Positions 12,008 through 22,626 of a DNA stretch of 37,849 nt are shown here, piece after piece (position 1 is the first letter of the stretch; each line of letters starts with the position of its first letter). The position numbers and the translations under genes were made by a program. Under the pieces are notes generated by a model that was given only the letters and a program-made list of their open reading frames with translations, had not been told where the DNA came from and searched no databases. The DNA comes from Folioceros fuciformis (taxonomy: Eukaryota), in assembly GCA_049999805.1 (NCBI GenBank), contig JBNGIO010006147.1, forward strand, positions 16,864 to 54,712, in the 5' to 3' direction.

Positions 12008-12373
12008 TGGGCTCCCCGGGCCTAGTAGAGCCCTTGGCAATGCTGGCCGGATCTTGGCCGCGCCCCTGCCCGTGCACGCTGCCGAGCGCCCTATGTGCCC
12101 GGGGCACCCTATGCGCCCACTGCGCCCGCGGCGCCTGTGTTCGCCCGTCCTCCCACGGCTTGGCGCCTGGGGCCTGGTGTCGCCCCGCTCCTGGAGCACA
12201 CCCTACATTCCTTGCTTTGCAACCTTGCATGGCAAGGTTGGAGATTGTTGCACCCCAGCACCGGGTCGCCGCACACTGCTCCCAGTGGTTCTCTCACTCC
12301 GAAGCCTTGCGCACCATGTCCGCAGCACCTGCAGCCATCACCAATCTTGCTCCACACTTGCTCTGATACCACT

Positions 12374-12677
12374 TGAAGGATCTTTAGAGGAGCCACATGG
12401 TGAAGGAGGAGATGAGGAGGCAAGGAGGAGAGGAGAAAGAGAGGAGAAAGAGAGGTCACACTCTCACACACAGAGTCTCAATAGCAAGGGAGATCAATGA
12501 GGTATTTATACCCTCTAGAAGAGCTCCCTAGGAAGCTTCACAAGAAGCGCACATGAAGCTGTGCAAGAAGCTTTCTACAGATTAGCTGAAGCTAATATAA
12601 ACTAATGATACTTAACTAGACAGTAATCTTAAACTAAACACATTAGTCTAAGCACATTGGGCTTTAATAACCCTACA
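12374..12677 (-). repeat. 5' LTR of the Copia element (304 bp)
   Basis: Adjacent to the PBS; direct repeat of 9039-9331. Confidence 0.95.
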
Positions 12678-12795
12678 CTATGTAAGACAACGGGAAACCC
12701 TTGTGGAACCTCCTTTGTGCTGTCCTACGTAAGACAGCAGGAAACCCTTGTGAAACCTCCTTTGTGCTATCCTACGTAAGATAGCAGGAAACCCT

Positions 12796-13190
12796 TGTGG
12801 AACGGAAAAGTTCGGTAATCAATCTAAATTAGTCTAAGGAAGTCTAACTTGGTTCTTTTTTGCTTAGGACAGTTCAAAGGGAGGGATGTGGAAGGTAAGT
12901 TTCTAGGCAAGCGTCCATGGTAGGTAGTGAGTGGGGGTAGGGACGTTTTTATCGGATTTTTTTATTTCTATTTTGGTAGGTTAGGTGTGTGATAATAGGA
13001 TGAGGTAGTACCGCATCAAGATAAGAAGATACCTACGGAGTAGGATGTCTACCTACATACATAGGGAGAGTACCTATGTGGGTAGATGCCTAGTGGTAAG
13101 GGTACCTACTTAGGTATGTCTACTTATAGGCTTGGAAGATACCTATGTAGGTAGGGAAGGTACTTATACAGTAAACACCCCACCTACAAC
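12796..13190 (+). repeat. LTR-like repeat fragment, homologous to the element starting at 29576
   Basis: Both copies start TGTGGAACGGAAAAGTTyGGTAATC and share AAGTCTAACTTGGTT, CCATGGTAGGTAGTGAG, GATAAGAAGATACCTACG, TAGGGAAGGTACTTATAC. Confidence 0.75.
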
Positions 13191-13669
13191 AAGAAGTGCG
13201 AGGCCACTGTAAATGTTCTAGGATATTGATGCCGCTGGCATCCGCTGGCGGAGGCCGCAGATTTCGAGTCTCAATCGCAGATAGAAGTGACCCCACCTTG
13301 CCCGCGGTGTGCCTCTTCACAGTCCCCTGTCGGAGACCATTCCCATGGCCAACTTCATCCTGGGAATCATGCCCTAATGAGCATACGCTTAGAAGCACTG
13401 CTCAAAGGGTGCAGGGTGGGAAACCTACTAAGGATGTCCGTGGAGAGCATCTGCATACCTGTCATGCAATTGGCTAGGGGTAGCCTTTTCCTTCCTATCA
13501 AGTTTGACTTGGGGGCTGTTGAGATTGAGCTAGTTAGAACTCTACTTAGGGCACGTTTGAACAATACTTTTAGCTATTACTTAGGTTACTGAGATGTGAG
13601 TAGGTATTGTAGATTCAGTTTTATAACTACTTTTATATGTTCTCCTTGACGTGGTTGTTTCTCTCTCAA

Positions 13670-15185
13670 TTTGTTTTTCGTAAGGAAAAAGCGTATTTTC
13701 TATGATTGAAAAAGAGATGGAAATTCCTATCTACTCCAAAGATTAGAGGAACAACCCCATTAGGACCAAAGGCAAAAAGAGGTACTCTCCCCTGCGAATA
13801 TCATTTTCAAAAACTACCTACTGTTCCCAAAATGTCATGATGTGGAATAACAAAAGGCCTACCTACCACCGGTGCGGAAGAAGCCGCTTGACCTACGCTT
13901 GTTGCTGTTCTAAAAACTGCATTGGCCAATGCTCGTTGCAAAGCAATGGATACACGTTGTCAAAAGAAGGCCAACACAGAGGAAAGAGGGAGAACACCAT
14001 TCCTATTGCTCTGATAAACCTTGGCGCACTCCTTGATAAACCTTGAAAAGTCCTTGCCCATAGCTCCATGAGTCTCAAGAGCAAGGGGGATGAAAGTATG
14101 CCCGTCTTGCAAGGGAGAATACTTATGGACTTTGGCACTTGCACAACCCTCTGTTGCCCAACCAAGGGGGTTGATGATGACGTGCTCACAAATCGAATCC
14201 CTAGTGGACTCTCTAACAACCACATCAGCAACACAAACCTATTCTCCCCTAGTGAAGAAAAGGTCGGCTCTAAGTGAAACCCCATTGCGCAAAGTATATG
14301 GACGCTCACTATACGGAAGAAACCCACACTCCCTAGCCATTGAGTACATGACATCTCAAACTGCATCATGAGTGGCAATGCGGTGCCCCCCAACGGAACA
14401 ACGTGCCAAATAGGACCCTGTATCGACAATGGCAACTCCACAATTGCATGTAGAGAGAGAAAAAGCCAAGGGGTGGGCCCAACCTAAGCAAAATCTTATC
14501 GCGGTGGCAAAAGTTGCTGGTGCAATTCGAAATGCCTGGATGCAAGGTTGAGCTAAAAGCCAAGAGCCCGCTCCTTTACCTGAATAAGATCGAATACGAG
14601 CTCGAGAAGACCTAAGGATGGATGAGTCTGAAAGAAGGGCTCTTAATACTTGGCCATATTGCTTTTCTAGGAGGGAGGCTTGGAGACCCTTCAACCCTTC
14701 CCTAGAAAAGGAGGTGAAAGGAAGTAGAGCCTCACGAGCCTCCAAAGGTAGAGAATCCCTTGCTTGCCTAAGAGATACCTGTAAAGGGAAAACGCCCTCC
14801 TCAACACCTGAGATAAAACTTTCAAGAACAGGGGAATGTTGTAGTAAAAAACAATAGGCCAAAATTGGAGCTGAGAAGGCCCAGCTGCCGAGAAAGGCAG
14901 TTGGGGTAGAGGCCTCCATGGCCAAAAGACCAACCCCTCCAAAGGCGGCTGGCAAAGAAGCCTGCTTCCGAGCCAAATCACCGACAGTACACTCAAAGGT
15001 GCCCGAACCTATGATATTCCCAAGAGCCTGCATAACTTGATTGTCAAACTTCCTGAGACTTGATAAGAAAAATGGAGAAGGCGCAATAGTTCTAGTGAGG
15101 TAACCTAGTCACCATGCAAAACAAGAAGAAAGAATACCAAACGCAATCTGAGGATCACCGATTTGTGAGAGGTCTATGAGGTCTT
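13670..15185 (-). mobile_element. 5'-truncated CRE-clade (R2 superfamily, restriction-like endonuclease) non-LTR retrotransposon
   Basis: DPQIAFGILSSC...RT, QASLP..FGGVGL, RARIRS.SGKGAGSWL.A.P, CxC...C..GG.RIATHDAV zinc knuckle, RAD...DV, KVHKY, FIPLALETHGAMG, RVSIALQRA. Several stops; 3' end approximate at a degenerate A-tract. Confidence 0.8.
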
Positions 15186-15517
15186 GTATCAACCAACCTG
15201 GTTAAGTTGATCACTACAAGACAGTCAAACATTGTAAATCTACATAAAACATTATTCAAGCTAGATTAGAAAGTTACCCAAATTCTTAGATCTAGCCATA
15301 GAACAATTAAGAATAGAAATGACGCAATAGCTGTAGATGGCAACCTACCCAATGTCCAGTGTATGGAGAACATGTTGTCCAATCTTGCGGTGAGTGGGGA
15401 ATTATTAGGCCTAGATTCCGATTAGAATGAGTATAGAAACTCCGGATGTGGTCACCTCCACTCAGGACATACAGACACATCAAATCTCACCGACCACACA
15501 TTCTCCCTCCATCAAAC

Positions 15518-16871
15518 ATGGCTGCAGCAAAAACCACAACAATCAACAACACAATTAAGATTGATTTCAAAGAAAGACAGATTTTCAGGCACAGATTATG
15601 ATATCTGGGCAATGCATATGCAATCCATACTTGAGGACAATGACCTCTGGGCGCTCATTGATAGCACCTATGCCAAACCTGTGACAACCGGGATAAATCC
15701 AGCTTCAGCAGTTGATGTTGCAGCCTGGGAGAAGACCGATAGGAGAGCACACAATGTGATCTTATCCGGACTTGATAAGACCACGGCTCATCATGTCACA
15801 GGGGCTAGAGATGCAACCACAGCATGGGCTAACCAATGTACCACTTGCAGATGGGTGAACATGAAGCTGTCTTCGAGCACATTAAAAAGTTTAGGGCAGC
15901 ACGGGCTCGATTGTCATCTTGCGGGATGACGTTGACTAAGGCTCAAGCAGCCATAGCTTTGCTGAGTTCTCTTCCCGAGAGTTATCGTACCTTCAAGACA
16001 ACACACAACGGAGTCATAAAACAAGCGCAGCTTGCAGCCAAGAAAGGGCAAGGTTCATATTTCACCACATCAGAATTACTCGGGGCTCTTATGGAGGAAG
16101 AAGCCACACGTGGCTTGGCTGGTACATCCAATTCTATAACCCAAGGTCAAGCTCTCTTTGTAGTTGGTGGCAAAGGGAGAGGACAAGGACGCGGTCAAGG
16201 CTGTCCTCCTTATAATAATAGGCCGTCTTTCTCATCTTTAGCACCTAGGAGGAAAGGAGCTTGCCATTGGCGCCAAGTAGAAGGACATTACGAGAAAGAA
16301 TGTCGTAAGAAAAGGGTCTGAAGAGCCTAGGAGAGGAGTACCGCCTTCAGCTAATATTACACAACAGAAATCACAAGTTCTCTTAGCTGTTTACCTTGTC
16401 ACCTCAAAGAATGACACCAATAGTTGGTGCATTGATAGTGGGGCTTCAACTCATATTTGTCATACTAGATCCTTCTTTTCATCATATCACCCTCGTGAAC
16501 CAGGCAATTGTGAATTGCTGGGTGATGACAATGGCTTGCAAGTCCAAGAAAGAGGCACCGTGCTGTTGTCTTGTGAGGAAAGTAGGAGTTTGAAATTAGA
16601 GGATGTCTACCATGTCCCTCAAATGTCAAGGAATCTAGTTTCAGTTCGTAGACTTACGCTGTCAAATCAGTACAATATTTACTTTACTCGAGACACCTGT
16701 ATGATCCAGGACACAGTCAGTTCCTTTGATGCATCATGTCTTTGCATTGGTCGCCCATTCAATGACTTATACAAAATAGATCTGCCCCCAAGATATGTCC
16801 TGAACATTGCAAACTTGACTCAACCCAAGCAATCAGTGCTATGGCAGCATAGGCTTGCACATGTAAAGTAA
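15518..16871 (+). mobile_element. Copia gag-protease remnant, truncated at the GAG-pre-integrase region
   Basis: FSGTDYDIWA..MQSIL...DLW, LLSSLPESY, degenerate zinc knuckle CHWRQVEGHYEKEC, protease WCIDSGASTHIC, LEDVYHVP..SRNLVSV, LWQHRLAHV; frameshifts. Confidence 0.9.
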
Positions 16872-17694
16872 ATTCACGTAATTCCCAGAATGGCGCGTGG
16901 ACACTTCGAAGGAAAAACTCCCACATTCCGGTGCGCATTCCTATGGTGGGCCACGCTCCAAATGTCCCTCAAAATGGCACGACGGAAAGGATTTTAATAA
17001 TATTTTTTTAGATTAGCAATTTCAAAGGAAGAATAGTTGGCACAGATTTGGTTACAAAAGAAGTTGTAACCTCTCTAGACCTGTATTGTTATCACCTCGT
17101 GGCCCCTGGACGTGATCCAGGCTATGCCTATCTTGATTTTTGCTTCTACTTCAGGTTGTGCCTGTCTTGAATCTCACTTCTGCTTTAGCCTGTACCTGTC
17201 TTGGCTCTGGCTCTAGTTTGCAAGTTCATCGTATGTATAAATCGATGTCCCATTCTACGCAAAAATTGTGGGGTGGCTTATTGTCGACACCAAAGTCCCA
17301 TATGGCAGGCAACGTTGTTCGTAGGCAGGAATGATTCCTAGGACAGTGGCTTACGAGACTTCCTGTGTTGTGTACTACAAGATATTCATGAACTCTAAAG
17401 GCCTGACAAAATATTCCGTGCTGGGAGCAGACTTTGACTGGGAGTCCTTACATACCCTCTTCCTATATTTGCTTGGAGGATATTGCTGTCTTGTGCGGCA
17501 CATATCGCTGGTGCATGCTAGAAGCGACAGTTGATGTGTCCTTCTGGATGAAAGCCCTGGCCCAGGCGAGCCCGCGTGATAAGATTCAGCTGGATAACAG
17601 AGCATGCCAAACATTGTCTGTAAGCAGTGTTCTCATACCGATGCCTGGGAATCAATTTCCAAGAAACCTGGAGACCTGGGACCATCGATATCAA

Positions 17695-17975
17695 TGTACC
17701 GAGCTGCCCTCGTCTGAGCACAGCTCACCTCATTCAAGTCGTGCCCAGCGATCCTGATGGACAATGACCAAGGGCTTGTTAGTCTCCAAGACCTGCTGAT
17801 CCCGTTGATTGCGAACGCACACGTCTCGAAACGCTCCTCCGCAAGGTTCAGCTTGTCATTGCAATGCGCAAGCACCTGATAGATCTGCTTGCAAGAAAGG
17901 GCATGCGGGGACCTGACCCTCAGTCAATGTCAGGCATCCATGAGCGCCAAAGCTGGCTTTCTACCCTTGGAGTCT
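17695..17975 (-). repeat. Dispersed block B, copy 1, containing a probable pseudo-exon (17729-17875)
   Basis: Aligns with 36045-36330 (e.g. CAGTCAATGTCAGsCATCCATGAGCGCCAAAGCTG). Minus-strand AG acceptor and GTGAG donor are present in both copies. Confidence 0.75.
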
Positions 17976-20900
17976 CGCTGACCATTTTGGTAACATACAT
18001 ACACCCCTACAGCAGTGCTGCAAAACTCTCCGAAATTCAAACATCACAGCATTCAAGTAACTCAAAGGATACTGAACCCATTACATAGCATAGCGAGAAA
18101 CCAAAGTGGACAGTCAAGCACAAAGATGTGGTGCGATTACCCGACTTCTACGGAGGTTGATTCTGGGTTGTGTTGACTGCATATGCTCGCGTCGCGGTAA
18201 ATCCGTTAATCTCATAAACCCCTTCTGTCCCTGCTCCTGACATCCGTGGTCTACACAAGCTTCCAGGCTCCAGAACTCCTTTATCGAGTCGGCAAGTCTA
18301 TCATAAACAGGCACCTCCGCCGGACACAATCAACAAACCGTGTACCTCCTAAACGCTCCTCCAGTGCAATGAAAAAACGTGGAGGGGGGTCAATTTCTTT
18401 TGAAATTCGGCATCCGCAAGTGTATCGGCAGCAACTTCCAGGTCGCAGCATAACTGAGTGCCAGCCCTCCGATGAACGAAAGCCATGGCAGCAGTCAGAG
18501 ATCTCGTGGTTGATGCACTCTGCTCAAAGTCATACGCACTGCCTTGTCGAGCAGCTTCAGTCAACTGAAGACCGGGATATGCTGGGAACCCTCACAAGAC
18601 TTGTGAGCCTCTAGCAGAACCCCACCTAGTCCCATTCGGTTTCCATTTGCGCAGTGTTCGTTGCCTCCCTCCATCAGGTTCTCATATTTGCCACAATAGG
18701 TAGCTGGTCCACGGGGTAACCTTATCATGTTCGTAGGGCCATCGTGTATCTGATACAAGTCTCCCATGCCCATCAGCATCTGCCTGCTCAATCATGTACG
18801 TCATCCTCCACATGAATGAAGCTCGAGGAGCCAGTATCAATCCGGCCACGATAGTTTTTGATGGTGTAACTTCTGTTTTGTGGGGGGCATTTGTACAGGC
18901 AGGGGTCTGACCAGACCATCAGTGACCATTCTAAGACGAGTGTCGAGCCGGCCAAACAGAACAGAAGTGCAGGCCAGCCGACAAAGCATCCATGTAAGCT
19001 TGGAGGTTGCTTGCTTTGAAGAGTGGGTTGGTGTGCCTTCCTCGACAGAGTGTGCGCTGTGAGACCACCTGCCCGCCTTGTCACGTTCCAAGAGCTCCTT
19101 TGCCCTCCAACTTCTGCACCACCGACTCAAGTCCCTCCCACCGGCAGTTTCCAGAAGTGGAAAGCAACTGCTGTGAAGGGAACTGACGCCACCGATAAGT
19201 GCTTTGATTCATCCTACATAAAGTACTGGCAAGCAGAAGCCTGCTGCGCCGTTGCACCGTCGATCTTCATGCATCGTTGTCGAGAAGGGTCCCACCCTGT
19301 AAACCAAAGAGAGCGGTTTGTTCCTGCAAGACCGGTGGCAGAGAGGGACGAGGGACGAGACAAGATAATCCACTAACAGATCACCTGCCACTTCCCCTTA
19401 AGCAGGTAACTGTGAAACAAATGTGTTGGCTCTTGTGCATACCGCACCCCATAAGGAAAACTTCACACAATTTACTCCACTGCCCAAAACCCGCTGTCTC
19501 TAACGCACCAATCAAAACGCAATTGATGAAGGAACAAAAGCATCTCAGGTGAGTCATGCCCCTCACACCGTTGCCAGCATCCCGGCTCTGTCATACCCCG
19601 CATATCCTTGCCACGCCCAAACTGCCGAATGCCGACTAGCCAGCACCCATCCCCTGTGAGAGCTAAAAATGACAGTGCACAGCTGCATGCAGCACTGCCA
19701 ATGCGAGGTCACCAGGCTCTCCTGCTTCAATCTGACGATACGAGCGACACCATCGGTTGCAAAATATCAACCCACGACAAACCCGTGGTCATAACTTGAT
19801 GCGGGCCCTGACAACCAGACCTGATCCACAGAAGCGGCCTCACCACCATGTTCCTGAATCCTCGCCCCTATTAGCATTCGTCACTCTAAACGGATGTCCT
19901 GCCCTATTCGATGAAAAATCGGCAATAGACGGAGTTACGTAATTCGCGAAAAGAAAAGAGAGGGAGTCCGTTTGGTTGGAAACCTAAACGGTCAGGAAAC
20001 CGACGCCTCCTTGTCCGGGAAGATTTGTGCGCTGAGGGAAAACGTATCAGGGGCCGGTAGGATACCAGCCTTTGATGCTTGGTTGCTGCAAGCGTTCCAT
20101 CCGGTGGGCAACAGGAGCGGGGTACCAGGAGGCAGAAGACGCGCGTGGGATCGGGAACAGAGCTTGAGGGACGTGAGCCAGAGGACTTCCGGGGAATCCT
20201 TCACGGCCTCAGGAGGAAATTGCTGGCTGATGCCTGGGGCCTGGACGAGAGTCCAGTGGTCAAGCTCTTGGAGAGGCAGAGGAGTGCCGGCATTTTGATT
20301 TCATCAGGCTTCCGGAATTGACCAAAGGGAAGATACTCTCGACGATCCGAAGTAGGTCGATCCCGATTTTCGCCAGTACCTTGCAACCGAAGAGCTACGA
20401 GCTCGTATACAAAGCTCGTTAGGGATCCACTCCGCTGATGCTCGCCTCCGCGGTTCTGGTTTCTTCTACAGAGTCAACAGGATCATGCTGCATATCCTCG
20501 AGGAAATGGACCTGGGCCTGGCTTACAGTCGTCTCCAGAGCGCGGCTGCTACTCAAAACCCATCCACAAATATGATTCTCCAACTCTTGAGCCCAAGCGG
20601 TCCAGCTAGCTTTCTTACTCAAGTTGTGTCCTCTAGCCTGTTGCAGATGCCACGGGATCGCGGCTCTCCAGCTGGACATTAAACCGTGTATATTCGCGGG
20701 CGGGGGAAGTTGATATGCTTATCGGCATTAACAACGAGTGGCAGCTTGTGGACAGGGGAGTGCGGGAAGGTGAAGACCACGTGGTTCCTTGTATTTTATG
20801 CCCGCAGCTCAGGCTGGAACAATATTTTGTGGAATGGATCAGCTTCTACACCACCGACCACTGTAGTCTGCTGAACTAGCCCAGAGATGAACTTGATTGC

Positions 20901-22409
20901 GTCTGATGGTGCCGATTGTCTGCATTTGCATGCCCCATGCCCATTGAGGCTCCTACAGGAAAGATCCCTGACGGGTTGTGTTGTGGAGTCTCCTAGCTGA
21001 CGGACGTGGCCGTGGCAGCTTTCAGAATTGATGCAAAAAGAATCAGGTTAAAATCTAGGGACTCGGGGCGGAGGGGGAGCAGATGGCTGTTTTGCTGCCA
21101 GATGCAGGTCTCCGCCACCGGAGGGAGGCTTCCTTCGCCAGCAGGCTCCTCGAACGGGGAGTCAAGGTCTTAGGAGCCGTCACTGTGCAGAGGAGTGTCA
21201 GCCATCTAGGCACCTGCAACGTGATCGACAACAAGGATTGGTTTGCGGGGGGGAAGGGTTTGTGACCATGGGGTTTTTCACATTTGCCTGCAGTTGAGGA
21301 GCTGGAGGATCTGCTGTACCACTGTCACTCGATCGCTGCACTGGCCTCCAGGAACTTCTATCAGGTTCATGTTCACCACCTTCTTCTAACTCCACGGTGC
21401 TAAAGCTCTCTCCTTGTTAATTTGCGATGAGCTCTGCTTCCAGCTGCGGGCGTTGATACCTGTAGCTCACAACCTGTGTGCAGTTGCCTTTAAAAGGAGA
21501 CATAGCTCAGTTCAACTTGTTCTACTGTATTGGATTCGAATCAAAGTAATTCAACAAGTCCTGGTACAGGTGGCCATTTGATCGCTTTTGAGTTCTTCCT
21601 TCTTGTATCATGCACGTAGGCAGCAAAGTGGTCCGCTCGTAATTCAGGCATACCGGGCCAGCATGCTGTGTTATGTTAGTCTTGGGGACTTTCAATTCAA
21701 GTATTTCTCTAGAAAAGAAAACTTCTGGATCAGACTGTGTGGAGGCATGTTCGTCTGTGGCTTGTGATTGGGCACGCTCCTCACCATAGCGGGGCTGGGG
21801 CTCTCATCATGCTAAGCTTATCTTCTTGTTCCATAGCTATTATTGTGCGGCGTAGTAGATTTCTGTGTGTGGACGCCAATTTGATGTGGTGGTCTCCGGC
21901 GCTCTTGCTGTGATAAACTTAATCCTCAGTGTGTCTCACAAGACGTGCCGAATGCGTGAAGGTATAAACTCTACAAGCGGTTGGATTCAGAAATAGTTTT
22001 CATACCAATTGTTGGATGCTTGCAAAATCAGAGAAGGAGAGCGAACAGAACCTGGCAACGAAATCTAAGGCTAGCACCGGACGGCCTTGCGCATGGGTAC
22101 TTGTAATGGATACACGTACCTAGTGTATGAAAGCATCGAATGTAGATATACATATAGCCCAGCACTGCAAGCATAATGTGAAATGCCCGTCTGTTACCCA
22201 GGATGCGCTTAGCGTCGACAAAAGCTTGCGAGGTCTTACCCCTCGACCCAGGTCCAGTACCACCCGAACTCACTTAGAATGGAGAGGACCTGGCTCGACC
22301 ATTGCCATCGTAATTACCCTTACGTCCTCACACGCGAAGGCACTGACATGCTGACATGCTCGGCAGGAGAAATCTCGCCACGTCAGGTAGTTGTCCTCTG
22401 AGACTGTCT

Positions 22410-22433
22410 GGCCTCTCCCTCTTTTCCTTACAG
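22410..22433 (+). promoter_or_regulatory. Probable 3' splice acceptor of a 5'-UTR intron of the F-box gene
   Basis: Pyrimidine tract CCTCTCCCTCTTTTCCTTACAG ending 194 nt upstream of the ATG. Confidence 0.45.
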
Positions 22434-22626
22434 ACCTAGAAAAAGACTCTCACACCAATCCCTAGAGGCTCACTTCCTGTCTTCCTCTTGCGATCGCCCT
22501 CCCTTGAGGTCTTCCTGCGCTCCCGCTGCTCCTTGAGCACTTTCTGCCAAGTCTGGCCCAAGTTTTCGTTGCTAGTGGCCAGTCCTTCCCTGTGTTGTCT
22601 AGTTGCTGGTAGCGCTTTGGTTAGCC

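Larger units (their letters stand above)
9039..12677 (-). mobile_element. Ty1/Copia LTR retrotransposon with both LTRs, gag-protease deleted, pol degenerate
   Basis: LTRs 9039-9331 and 12374-12677 (TG...CA); PBS TGGTATCAGAGC (tRNA-iMet) at 12360-12371; PPT at 9332-9342; TSD CTACG (9034-9038) / CTATG (12678-12682). Integrase (LELVHSDVCGP, FIDDFSRK), RT (KARLVAKGF, QMDVKSAFLHG, LYVDD) and RNase H (ADVFTK) in Copia order. Confidence 0.96.
8971..12802 (+). repeat. 47-bp tandem array (4 units) split by the Copia insertion
   Basis: Unit CCTCCTTTGTGCTGTCCTACGTAAGACAGCAGGAAACCCTTGTGGAA at 8971-9017, 9018-9038 plus 12683-12708, 12709-12755 and 12756-12802. Confidence 0.9.

Noticed and set aside
11946-12500. 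Cluster of overlapping ORFs
   Set aside because: GC-rich Copia leader and LTR; stop-poor by composition.
17050-17080. Hairpin GGTTACAA-AAGAAG-TTGTAACC followed by CTAG as a Helitron 3' end
   Set aside because: AT-rich stem, only 3 nt to CTAG, not followed by T, and no matching 5' end identified.
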